A stretch of 64,000 bases of DNA, taken from positions 51,386-115,385 of the forward strand of contig CAZRVH010000001.1 of assembly GCA_964603635.1 (NCBI GenBank). The letters run 5' to 3'. The notes under the pieces were generated by a model. That model searched no databases. It was not told the DNA's origin and saw only the letters and a program-made list of their open reading frames with translations. The position numbers and the translations under genes were made by a program. This stretch comes from an uncultured Candidatus Peribacteria bacterium (GTDB lineage: Bacteria > Patescibacteriota > Gracilibacteria > Peribacterales > Peribacteraceae). Positions 17,387 through 26,096 of the stretch are shown piece after piece. Positions within the stretch are counted from its first letter, which is position 1; every line of letters begins with the position of its first letter.

Positions 17387-18697
17387 TCATTGACGACTTC
17401 TTTCGTACTGCAGTTCCTCCAAGAGAAGTGTGCGAGCATCATTATTCCATTTAAGCTGCAGAGGATCCTTTACCCCTTCGATCGAAAGAAAGATCGTAAA
17501 TCCATCCGGAGGAATCACCCCAGACTTCCCTATCATCGTTTCAAATGCCCTCTGAACCAAGCGCGGCGTGATTTTCACCTGACCTTGGACTGACTGCTTT
17601 GCAATGCCCGGACATTGGCTGTTGCTGAATCGAAGTGTCATACTCCTGGGGACAATCTTTCCTTGTGATTCCACATTATTGGTTTGGGGCTCCTTTCCAG
17701 CAGAGGGGTTCGTTACAAATGCACCTGCGAGCAATACGACGCCCCAGTCCTTTCTTTGCATGCAGGCAATAAATGATTCGGATGTCATATCGGTGAAGAG
17801 GGCACTCTGTCGCAACTGCTGAGCACTGCCAGGTACAACTGTCTCGCATGTTTCGAGCCATTCATCAAGCGTCGGAAGCAGCACCCCTAGCTCGGCATCT
17901 TTTGGTTGAAGACCTGCTTTTTTCTTTGATTCTTTGAGTATGCGGATAGCGTTCTCTTTTCCGCCGACACACGAGAGAAATTCCTGCAATTGAGCATTAA
18001 ACCATGTACGCCCGATGTTAGGTGCATCGACATTCGCATTGTCTCGATTCCCATATGCGGGGCTGCCTTTCAGATAGGTGATGCCATTACTGTCTTGGAC
18101 ATTCGGAATGCCGAGAGAACTTCCTTTTGCGTCAGCCTCAAGGAGGAGGGCGGCGATTTCCTGGATTCCTACGATGTTTGGCAGTGCGTCCATCGTCCAC
18201 GCGTGCCCGAGTTCATGACGAATTGTTTGCTCCTGTGGGGCTGTCATACCTTGGAACATCATTGAGGTGCACCCGTTATAATAGGAACGCTTTTGATCAC
18301 CGACGTTTCGTGTTTCAAGTTTCGAAAAAGCAAATCCACTTGATTGATTGGGGCTCTCTGCCGCATACCAAAATGTCGGAATGATCCGATTGCATGGTTG
18401 ACCAAGCATCGTGGTAAGTTCTGTCGAGTGTCGTTCGAGGATAGGGTGGAAGTCGCGTTCAAATCCGTCCCGACCAGTCGGGTATGCAGCAGATGTAAGC
18501 ACTTCTCCAAAACGGAAATCGACAGGTTCGATCGATCCTGATTGGCGCAGGAGTGGTTCTTCCTCCAAAGTTTTCAGCCAATTCTGCACATTCTGGATGA
18601 GTTCACGTTGAGAATACAGCAACTGATCCGAGTGCTTAATATTCGCTGAAGGATGCGGTAAATCTTCTTGGTTCCCGCGTATATTTTCTTCTCCCAT
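17387..18697 (-). CDS. hypothetical protein with HExxH zinc-metalloprotease motif
   Basis: 436-aa ORF in a lower-GC block (a sampled line is ~47% G+C). It has a single 'IRHELGHAW' motif, no signal peptide and no other family signature that I recognise. Confidence 0.55.
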   Translation of the reverse strand: MGEENIRGNQEDLPHPSANIKHSDQLLYSQRELIQNVQNWLKTLEEEPLLRQSGSIEPVDFRFGEVLTSAAYPTGRDGFERDFHPILERHSTELTTMLGQPCNRIIPTFWYAAESPNQSSGFAFSKLETRNVGDQKRSYYNGCTSMMFQGMTAPQEQTIRHELGHAWTMDALPNIVGIQEIAALLLEADAKGSSLGIPNVQDSNGITYLKGSPAYGNRDNANVDAPNIGRTWFNAQLQEFLSCVGGKENAIRILKESKKKAGLQPKDAELGVLLPTLDEWLETCETVVPGSAQQLRQSALFTDMTSESFIACMQRKDWGVVLLAGAFVTNPSAGKEPQTNNVESQGKIVPRSMTLRFSNSQCPGIAKQSVQGQVKITPRLVQRAFETMIGKSGVIPPDGFTIFLSIEGVKDPLQLKWNNDARTLLLEELQYERSRQ

Positions 18698-18732
18698 ATT
18701 AATATTATAACATAATTTAATTCATATGAAAA

Positions 18733-18807
18733 TGGCTCCCCGACTTGGATTCGAACCAAGAACCCTCTCGTTAACAGCGAGATGCTCTACCATTGAGCTA
18801 TCGGGGA
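18733..18807 (-). tRNA. tRNA-Asn (anticodon GTT), CCA encoded
   Basis: Minus strand: TCCCCGA-TA-GCTC-AATGGTA-GAGC-A-TCTCG-CTGTTAA-CGAGA-GGGTT-CTTGG-TTCGAAT-CCAAG-TCGGGGA-G-CCA. All four stems are perfect Watson-Crick. Confidence 0.92.
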
Positions 18808-18828
18808 ATAATTGATGATTGATGAAGG

Positions 18829-18860
18829 AGCGAGCCTATTGTTCCATTGAGCTACCCACC
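18829..18860 (-). other. degenerate partial copy of the tRNA-Asn 5' half
   Basis: Minus strand 'GGTGGGTAGCTCAATGGAACAATAGGCTCGCT' compared with the tRNA 'GATAGCTCAATGGTAGAGCATCTCGCT'. It shares TAGCTCAATGG and CTCGCT. No cloverleaf can be drawn. Confidence 0.35.
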
Positions 18861-18981
18861 TCCGCCTGCGGGCTACGGCGGGCAGGTCGGGGAACGGACT
18901 GGTGCTGACAAACGACCAGCTGTTGTCTAAAGCCGCGCTATCCTAAACGGCTGGCTGATTATACGCAAGAAAAGATCGCTC

Positions 18982-20259
18982 TCACAACTGACATTGTCCG
19001 TGCCGGCAAACCGCCCTTCGCGCCGAAATTTGCGCGTAAACGCGCGTTCCGATCCATGGCACCCCCGGTACGTACAGGAAAGGTACCAGGAGCCACAGGC
19101 CCGGGAGGTGCCGGGTGAGGGCGCGGAATGCGAAGAAACCGCGGTAGACGTCTGTGCCGACGAGGACATGGATTTCCCTCTTCAGGGCCGCGGGCTTCAG
19201 ATCGGCGGCTTCTTTCTTCTGCACGGCCTTGTCGTTCAGGTCCTTCCAGGAGATCCGCTTCAACCAGTCGAAGAGCGAAAGCGTGAACATGCTGCGCAGG
19301 CACAGGCCGCATTGCCCGTCATACAGAGTCACGACGCGCACCTTGCGCCGGTTGATGATGCGCTTCATCCAGGCGATGTCTTCCTTGCGCAGGAGGCCGC
19401 AGTACAGTGCCATCATCGCCAACGAGAAACTGCCGGCATCCATGAGGACAAGGATGGACAAATGGAAGAGCACGCCCGCCGCGAGCAGCGAGAGTTTCGC
19501 GGGAACCGGTCTCCACTGCCTGGGCAGCAGCATGATGATCCACAGGAATTCGAAGGCCAACGTCGCGTAGGTCACGAACGGAAGGATGGGCAGGAGGTTT
19601 TCCGAGAATTCCGGCCAGCGCGAAAAGAGCGGGTGGTGCAACGCGATCTCCGTCGCGGTGCCGGCATGCCATGTCGTTCCGAGCAGTTTCCACCACAGCG
19701 ACATGAGATACACGACCAATGCCTGCCACAGGACAAGGCGGTACGTCCACGCGTATGCCGTGACCGGTTTCAGGTACGTGCGCGTCGCTTTCCAGTGCTT
19801 CCACTGTTCCCATGCGCGGGAGAGCGACAGGGCGCGGATACCCGGACTGACGCAGAGGATGAAGCCGATCGCGCGTAACAGCGTATCGCCCCCTCCCAGC
19901 ACGTACATGTTCCGTTCATGGAAGGAGCACATGAGCAGGAAGCCGAGTATGGTCGTGAGACGCGGCCATACGCCCAGCATGCTCAGAAGCAAGCTCAGGA
20001 GTAAGAGAAGGTAGATGCCGAACACCGCCGACGGATCGCCGGTGAAGCCGAGGACGGTGAAGTACCACGCGTCCCGGACGACGAGGTTCAGGAACGCCCG
20101 CGGCATGATGCCTCCGTCGCCATAAAACACCGCGACGTCCCGGAATTGGAACAGGAAGAAGAGCAGCGCGACGCCCGCCCATGCGATGCGCATGGCGCCG
20201 AGTCCGGCCGCCGAGGACCGTGCGAAGAAGAAGCCGTTGATGCGTTGCGGGAAGGTCAT
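18982..20259 (-). CDS. HTTM (vitamin K-dependent gamma-carboxylase-like) domain fused to DCC-family thiol-disulfide oxidoreductase (DUF393)
   Basis: The N-terminal ~300 aa are polytopic HTTM-like ('GLGAMRIAWAGVALLFFLFQFRD'). C-terminal 'VVTLYDGQCGLCLRSMFTLSLFDWLKRISW ... VYRGFFAFRAL' carries the DCC CxxC signature. Confidence 0.8.
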   Translation of the reverse strand: MTFPQRINGFFFARSSAAGLGAMRIAWAGVALLFFLFQFRDVAVFYGDGGIMPRAFLNLVVRDAWYFTVLGFTGDPSAVFGIYLLLLLSLLLSMLGVWPRLTTILGFLLMCSFHERNMYVLGGGDTLLRAIGFILCVSPGIRALSLSRAWEQWKHWKATRTYLKPVTAYAWTYRLVLWQALVVYLMSLWWKLLGTTWHAGTATEIALHHPLFSRWPEFSENLLPILPFVTYATLAFEFLWIIMLLPRQWRPVPAKLSLLAAGVLFHLSILVLMDAGSFSLAMMALYCGLLRKEDIAWMKRIINRRKVRVVTLYDGQCGLCLRSMFTLSLFDWLKRISWKDLNDKAVQKKEAADLKPAALKREIHVLVGTDVYRGFFAFRALTRHLPGLWLLVPFLYVPGVPWIGTRVYAQISARRAVCRHGQCQL

Positions 20260-20858
20260 CGGAAGGAAGCGTTGCAGTCGGTGGTGTGGATCACGGTGCT
20301 ATCGAAATGACCGTCTTGCGCATCCCACCATGCGTCCGTCTGGTGCGTGTCGGTATACGGGATGATCTCCGTGTTTTCGCGCAGGCGCACCATCGTGTTC
20401 GGTGCGAGTCCGAGGTCATGGCAGAGGATCTGCAGGAATCGTTCGCGGAACACGTCGTAATCCAGGCGTTCCTTCGCAAGGGCCGCGGGCAGCAGCTTCG
20501 CATACGTGGCATGCCGCCACCACGGGAACGCGCCCGCTCCCAACGATGCCATGGTTTTCCACCGCACGCCGTCCTCCGCGTCGACCGAGAACGTGCGGAC
20601 CTGACGTTGCGGGTCGGGGGCGAAGAGGTTCCACTCCTGCCACTGGCTGGTCAGGAGGAGGTACGGAGCCAATCGCGGATTCACGGTGTCGCGCAGGTAT
20701 GTGACGAGAGGCCCCGTCGCCGCGGATGGGATCGAAAACGCGAGCACGGCGACCATATGCAGGACTACCGATACGGCCACGGCTGTTTTCCCGAAGAGCA
20801 AGAAATACTCCCTAAGGTCCTTGCGATGCCGGCGAAGAACGGTCCGTATGCTGTCCAT
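20256..20858 (-). CDS. HTTM-associated membrane-anchored protein (DUF5819-like)
   Basis: One N-terminal TM helix. 'WQEWNLFAPDP' motif. The stop overlaps the start of the HTTM gene, suggesting translational coupling. Confidence 0.55.
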   Translation of the reverse strand: MDSIRTVLRRHRKDLREYFLLFGKTAVAVSVVLHMVAVLAFSIPSAATGPLVTYLRDTVNPRLAPYLLLTSQWQEWNLFAPDPQRQVRTFSVDAEDGVRWKTMASLGAGAFPWWRHATYAKLLPAALAKERLDYDVFRERFLQILCHDLGLAPNTMVRLRENTEIIPYTDTHQTDAWWDAQDGHFDSTVIHTTDCNASFR

Positions 20859-20871
20859 GGAAAGGGGTTCC

Positions 20872-22125
20872 TTATTTCTTAATCGGTTTCAGCAGGACGA
20901 TCTCGCGCCCGACGCTCTGGTCCGGGCGATGATACAGCATGCTGAGGCGCTCGGGATGGTGCGGGTTCACGCCGGGAGGGAGGATGGGGCGGAAGCCGAT
21001 GTCATGGATTTTCTTCCAGGTCTTCTCGATGAACAGGGGTCCGGCCTTCGGGAACCACACGGGCAGCGTGCACACCACGGGGACCCCGGGAAGCGTCGCG
21101 GCGATGTTCTCCAGGAATCCCGTTTCGATCTCCTCCACTTCCGTGCGCGCCTTCATGGCGTCCTTGGCGGCGGGCCTGTCCGAGAACGGCGTGCCCAGCG
21201 TCGTTTCCGTCACGATGACGTCGGGTTTTTCCTTCAGCTCGAATGCCCGCGTCGCATCCTGCTTCCACACCGTGCTCGCCACGTCCTTCTTTAAAATGCC
21301 GTATTCCTTGCGCATCCAGTCCAGGTTTTTCTCGCATCCGTTCACGGCCTTCAACGACGCATCCGAAGCAAGCACGTCCCATCCGCGCAGCAGCGCTTCC
21401 ATGGGGATCACGCCCGTGCCGCAGAAGGGGTCGAGAATGGTCAGACGCGAGTTTCGAGACGCGAGTTTCGCGGACTTCTCGTGTCTCGTGTCTCGTGTCT
21501 TCATATCGTTTGCCATGTACGCGCCGAAGTTCAGCAGGATCTGCGCCAGCTTGGGCGGCAGGAGTCCCACGCGCGTATCGCGCACGGGCTTGGTCATGTC
21601 GCGCTTCGTGTAGGCATCCGGGTCCTGGGCGCCCACCGTGCGGCCGATCCACAGGAAGTCGTCGTCACCGAGGATCACGATCTCCGCGCCCTCCTTTCCG
21701 CTGATGATGTTCGTCTTGTGCAGGAGTACCGTCGCGGCCGGCTTCTTCTCCGTCCCGATGTAGCGGCAGGGGACTCCTTTCTTCTTCAGGGCGTTCTTCC
21801 CGTCGCGGTACAGATCGTGCACCTTCGAGGCGGGGATGTTGAACGTGCGCAATGAGAACGTCACCTTGCCCTTCACGTTCGCGGTTTGGTCGGCGATGAT
21901 CTGGGGAACGTCCTTGAGCGCGGATGCGTTGTCCGAAATTCCCTTGGCGATGATGAACGTGCCTCCCCACGTATCCAGGTGCTTCTGCGACAGTTCGGCT
22001 TCCGAATCGAAGAAGGCCATGGACGAACCGAGCATGCGCGTCACTTTCATGTCGGGGATGCAGGCGTGGAGTTCGGCGAGGCTGATGGACGGATGGTGAC
22101 CGAGGTAGGCGACGTAGGAATTCAT
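20872..22125 (-). CDS. THUMP-like / UPF0020-type RNA (guanine/adenine-N) methyltransferase
   Basis: SAM motif I 'ILDPFCGTGVIPMEALLRG', 'VLASDAS' and 'DVIVTETTLG'. The start is placed at ATG 22125 ('MNSYVAYLGHHP') because the duplicated fragment at 25531 starts at the equivalent Met. Confidence 0.75.
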   Translation of the reverse strand: MNSYVAYLGHHPSISLAELHACIPDMKVTRMLGSSMAFFDSEAELSQKHLDTWGGTFIIAKGISDNASALKDVPQIIADQTANVKGKVTFSLRTFNIPASKVHDLYRDGKNALKKKGVPCRYIGTEKKPAATVLLHKTNIISGKEGAEIVILGDDDFLWIGRTVGAQDPDAYTKRDMTKPVRDTRVGLLPPKLAQILLNFGAYMANDMKTRDTRHEKSAKLASRNSRLTILDPFCGTGVIPMEALLRGWDVLASDASLKAVNGCEKNLDWMRKEYGILKKDVASTVWKQDATRAFELKEKPDVIVTETTLGTPFSDRPAAKDAMKARTEVEEIETGFLENIAATLPGVPVVCTLPVWFPKAGPLFIEKTWKKIHDIGFRPILPPGVNPHHPERLSMLYHRPDQSVGREIVLLKPIKK

Positions 22126-22249
22126 GGGATGCAAAAAAGTATACGCGGAGTATAGCGTCAAACGCCGTATCGGTCAGCGTACGAGGATGGAAATATCCAT
22201 ACTGCGCAAGCACATCCCTCGACTATGCCGCGATGACAAGCGGAAAAAA

Positions 22250-23647
22250 TCAATGCATTCGCAAGCGGTCGTACGCGTCTTTGAGAAGCATCACCGTGAG
22301 GAACACCATGACCGGCAGCAGCTGGATGATGCCGCGTGCGTACCCCGTCTGCCTGATCGCCTCGATGGACACGCTGGTGAACATGTAGATGGCGAGCTGT
22401 CCCAGGTAGACGATGAGGAAGAGCGCGGTGATCGGGAGCAGTGTCACGAAGGCGCTGCGGCGTCTCCAGGCAAGCAGGGCGATGAGGACGGGGAAGAGCA
22501 GCAGCCAGTTTCCTTCGAAGAACGTGTTCACCCAAACGGCATACAGCACCCCCGGCTGCCATCCGAACGCCAGGTCACCCACCGCTTTGGCATTGCCGAA
22601 CGTGAGTCCGTTCGCGTATTTGTAGGCGAGCCACGGTACCGAGATGAGCAGTATGGGAATGGCGTACCACAGGGCTATCCTCGAAATCTCCTTCGCCGTC
22701 ATATTCTTCCGTTGCACGATCAGATACCCGGCGACGATGAGGAGGACCGGCGGAAGGTAGAGGAGAAGCCCCTCGTTCTTGGTGAAGGGCAAAAAGGCCG
22801 TGGCCGCCCCCGCCATCCTGAGGAACGAGTCGCGTGCCGCCGCGTCTGGCGAATGGATGGCATGGAAGAGCAGGATGATCGCCGCGAATACGTGCGTACC
22901 CATGAAAATGTCCGCATACGCGTTGGTGCCGTGCATCAGGTACAGAGGCATGCTGACGATGACATAGATGCCGAAGAGCGACCAAGCGCCGGAGAGATAC
23001 CTGCGCAGAGCGTAGTACAACAAGGACAGGGCGCAGAGGAACCACGCGGCATGGATCGCATTCACCGTTGCGTCGCCCCAGCCCGCCGTCATCGCCATCC
23101 ATGCCTTCGCCATCGGGACGGTCGGGGGATAGGAACTCACGTCGGCGGGAGTGTCGCCGCGGCCGGGCAGCAGAAGTTCGATCGACTGCGTATGGTAGAA
23201 CACCTTCGCGCGCAGGTTCCAGTTGTCCACGCTGTCATCGAAGTACGTGGGGGTGAGGAAAAGGAAGGTTATGCCCAGCGTCGCGATTTTCACGATCGTC
23301 CATGTCCCCAGGATGCCAATCGCCAGTTTTTGAAGCATCGACCACCGTTCCGCTGCAAGGGTCTCCCTTGCGGCAAGGAAGGGGATTTTTTTCCAACGCA
23401 TGGCTGCCGACAGCATGATTCCCATGAAAGCCTGTATGATGAACAAAGGCGTGAATGAGAGAGAAAGTCCGAACACAATATGTATACAGAATACCAGGAA
23501 CATCGTGAGGGTCACGCCGATGAGGAATCCCAGCGAAGCCCTTTCTCCACGAAAGAGGACGGGGGTGCGATTCTGCAAGAGCCCTAAAAGAAGCCATCCG
23601 TTGATCGTCGGGATCAGAAGGCCGATGAGGATCAAAAGGAGGATCAT
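22250..23647 (-). CDS. polytopic membrane protein, GT-C (ArnT/PMT, GT39-like) glycosyltransferase candidate
   Basis: ~466 aa with more than 10 hydrophobic helices; the overall layout resembles ArnT/PMT-family proteins. The start at 23647 overlaps the upstream stop (ATGA). The functional call is weaker than the CDS call. Confidence 0.6.
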   Translation of the reverse strand: MILLLILIGLLIPTINGWLLLGLLQNRTPVLFRGERASLGFLIGVTLTMFLVFCIHIVFGLSLSFTPLFIIQAFMGIMLSAAMRWKKIPFLAARETLAAERWSMLQKLAIGILGTWTIVKIATLGITFLFLTPTYFDDSVDNWNLRAKVFYHTQSIELLLPGRGDTPADVSSYPPTVPMAKAWMAMTAGWGDATVNAIHAAWFLCALSLLYYALRRYLSGAWSLFGIYVIVSMPLYLMHGTNAYADIFMGTHVFAAIILLFHAIHSPDAAARDSFLRMAGAATAFLPFTKNEGLLLYLPPVLLIVAGYLIVQRKNMTAKEISRIALWYAIPILLISVPWLAYKYANGLTFGNAKAVGDLAFGWQPGVLYAVWVNTFFEGNWLLLFPVLIALLAWRRRSAFVTLLPITALFLIVYLGQLAIYMFTSVSIEAIRQTGYARGIIQLLPVMVFLTVMLLKDAYDRLRMH

Positions 23648-24948
23648 TGTTCCAGGAAGAGGAAAGAGTCGTCCCCGAATTCTTCCAATATCTTGCCTGC
23701 GGAAGAGAGTGCGCGGCCCGTGTCCGTGCTCACCATGCCGTTTTCCGCCGTGATATCCGGCCGATGCAGCACGAGCCATGCTTTTTTACCCTGCCGCGGC
23801 GACGTGTCCGCATACGCGATGACCTCCAGCGGATACGCGCGCAAGCGGACGTTCGCGACGAATCGTTCCCCGGCAGGCTCCAAGAGCACCATGGAGTCGA
23901 TGTCCGCGTCTCCCAGGCTGTCCAAGGCACGGTCCGTCAACAGTGTCGCGTCATCGATCGTCCGCAGATCCGCGATGTCGGGCGTCGCCAGGACGTATGA
24001 GTGAATATCCGTCATCGCGTAGCCCAGCAGTTCGGCTCCCATGCGCACGTCCAGCAGCAGCCACAGTCCCGCAACCGCCGCCGCGATCGTCAGCACGGCG
24101 CGCCGCTTTCGTTCCATCAGGACAAAGGTCCCGGCAAGGACCAGTGCGCCGATGAGCACGCCATACGCGATGCGCAGGGCCGAGACACCCCGGGGAGGCT
24201 GGCCGTCGTACAGCCTGTCCAGGGTCGCCTGGTTCATGGTGAAGAGCGGCCCCCACAGGAAATTGATACTGCGCTGGGACATCATGTCGAAGGCGACCAT
24301 GCTGCGCAGGCCGGTCAGGGCTTTTTCCCCGGCGCCCCATGTTTTCCATTCGATTTTTTGGATCACCAAGTCGGTTCCCGCGGGGAATCCGAACGCGACA
24401 ACGGGTGTCTTTTCGGTCCATTGGTCATACTCCGAGGGAACGATGGTCACGCGCTCGAAGGCGTCGGTCTTGGGGGACGTGAAGAAGAGCTGCAGCAGGT
24501 CCCCGGGCGCGGCGTTCTTCGGCTGCCACATGAACGCGGCTTCCGCGGGCCGCGAGTTTTTCATGTACACGTACACCGCATCTGTTTTGGGGAGAGATGC
24601 ATTCCGCCAGCCGATCAATCCGTCCTGCAGCGTATGGATATGCAGTCCTTCCGTCGTCTTCTCCACGGACATTAGTCCGTCCACCTCCGGCATCACGGCC
24701 TCGGGCTTGCGAAAGTCCCATGTCATCGTCGTTTCCGCATGGGAAAGCGACGGAGTCATGGCCAGGAGAAAGCCGATCACGGACACGAGCCGTTTCACGC
24801 AATGAATTCTACTCCAGACGCTCGCTTTTCTGTTTGTGATTTTCAGGAATTGGTTTACATTCAATTTGAGTCCATTCGCTCCTTTCATTGACGGAGGTTC
24901 TCTTATGTGCGAAGCAGCTCTCTCGATACGCATACGGGGTCGATCCAT
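23644..24948 (-). CDS. hypothetical exported/membrane protein (partner of the GT-C-like gene)
   Basis: Long ORF with a signal-like 'LVSVIGFLLAMTPSLSHA' and two internal TM helices ('IAYGVLIGALVLAGTFVL', 'LTIAAAVAGLWLLLDV'). Start uncertain: ATG 24948, ATG 24888 or GTG 24798. Confidence 0.6.
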   Translation of the reverse strand: MDRPRMRIERAASHIREPPSMKGANGLKLNVNQFLKITNRKASVWSRIHCVKRLVSVIGFLLAMTPSLSHAETTMTWDFRKPEAVMPEVDGLMSVEKTTEGLHIHTLQDGLIGWRNASLPKTDAVYVYMKNSRPAEAAFMWQPKNAAPGDLLQLFFTSPKTDAFERVTIVPSEYDQWTEKTPVVAFGFPAGTDLVIQKIEWKTWGAGEKALTGLRSMVAFDMMSQRSINFLWGPLFTMNQATLDRLYDGQPPRGVSALRIAYGVLIGALVLAGTFVLMERKRRAVLTIAAAVAGLWLLLDVRMGAELLGYAMTDIHSYVLATPDIADLRTIDDATLLTDRALDSLGDADIDSMVLLEPAGERFVANVRLRAYPLEVIAYADTSPRQGKKAWLVLHRPDITAENGMVSTDTGRALSSAGKILEEFGDDSFLFLEQ

Positions 24949-25351
24949 CCATTGGAATCGCTATAGGGCGAAACAGCATCATGATGCCCCGGCGATGCGC
25001 CTGGTCATCAACCTCGTGATGGTCGCGTGGGCAATCACGATCGTGCTCATGCTGCTCATGCTGTGTTTGGCATGTTGCGAAATATATTACGTCCCCATCT
25101 ACGATGGGTTCGCATACTCCGGCATGGCGCTTCTTTCGTTGCATCTTGCGTGGGGCATAATCGCAAGCGTCCTGTCACGCAGGCGAGAACGACGTATCGA
25201 TCGCTTTCACGAACGACGCGAAAAAAGGCACGTAAAAAGGCAATAGGAGGCTATCGGCAGATGCGATATCAGTCTGCCGCGACAGGATAGAGCGGCTTCC
25301 GGCCCGTCCGAAAGCAACCCGCCGCCCCGTACCCCGGGGCGGTTTTTTCCA

Positions 25352-25531
25352 AGCGATGATGAACGTGTCTCCCCACGTCTCCAGGTTTTTCTGCGACAGT
25401 TCCGCTTCGGAATCGAAAAAAGCCATGGAGGTACCCAGCATGCGCGTGACTTTCATATCCGGAATGCACACGTGGAGTTCCGCGAGGCTGAGGGCGGGAT
25501 GGTGTCCGAGGTAGGCGACGTAGGAATGCAT
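25352..25531 (-). pseudogene. 5'-terminal fragment (about 60 codons) duplicating the methyltransferase gene 20872-22125
   Basis: 'MHSYVAYLGHHPALSLAELHVCIPDMKVTRMLGTSMAFFDSEAELSQKNLETWGDTFIIA' compared with 'MNSYVAYLGHHPSISLAELHACIPDMKVTRMLGSSMAFFDSEAELSQKHLDTWGGTFIIA'. The reading frame then degenerates. Confidence 0.75.
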
Positions 25532-25645
25532 GGCGACTATAGCGTGAAAGAACGGATTCGGCACCACGAGCATTTGCATCAATCGGCATTCATTCTATGA
25601 TGACATTAGGATTTTTGATCTTTTTTCGTTCTAAGGAGGATCGCC

Positions 25646-25855
25646 ATGATTGCGCCTTCCGTGTTCGCCGTCTTGTCCGTTCTGGCCGGCATCGTATCGG
25701 GTGTGATGCGAAAAACCGACATTCCCGTTTCGTGGCCTGCGTCTATGGCGACCGCTTCGTCGTTATGGCTGTATGCAGCCGTCTTCTTTGCGTTCCTCGC
25801 TGCCTGTCTGGCATTGGCGGAACACCGGCGATGGAAAGTCGTCCGTGCAAAGTAG
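25646..25855 (+). CDS. small two-TM membrane protein (hypothetical)
   Basis: 69 aa. Strong SD 'AAGGAGGA' 6 nt upstream of the ATG. Two hydrophobic helices. Confidence 0.45.
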   Translation: MIAPSVFAVLSVLAGIVSGVMRKTDIPVSWPASMATASSLWLYAAVFFAFLAACLALAEHRRWKVVRAK

Positions 25856-25975
25856 CGCCCCCTTCCGGCATCGTCCGCAAGAGGGCAACCGCTTCGTTCC
25901 ATCGAGGCGGTTTTTTTGATCACTTCTCTCCACCCGCTTCCGTCCTTCGACGTTGCTCGGGATGGCAATCTTTTG

Positions 25976-26068
25976 TTACCGCTCCGTCGCAGTTTGGATC
26001 TCCGCGGGGCCTCCGCTCACCACGGCTTTGATGCGTCGTACTCCTGCGGATGAGCTTTCTTCTTTCTG
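25976..26068 (-). pseudogene. 3'-terminal fragment (about 30 codons) duplicating alaS
   Basis: Encodes 'QKEESSSAGVRRIKAVVSGGPAEIQTATER*', compared with the alaS end 'QKEESSSAGVRRIKAVVSGGPAEIETATELS*'. It differs at many synonymous positions. Confidence 0.75.
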
Positions 26069-26096
26069 TCCCTCGGCAAGCTCGGGGTAACAATCG

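Noticed and set aside
18860-18925. An SRP (4.5S) RNA, because of 'CAGGTCGGGGAACGGAC'.
   Set aside because: The match to the domain IV consensus (GGUCCGGAAGGAAGCAGC) is only superficial. The apical stem has a G-G mismatch and there is no matching 3' AGCAGC strand.
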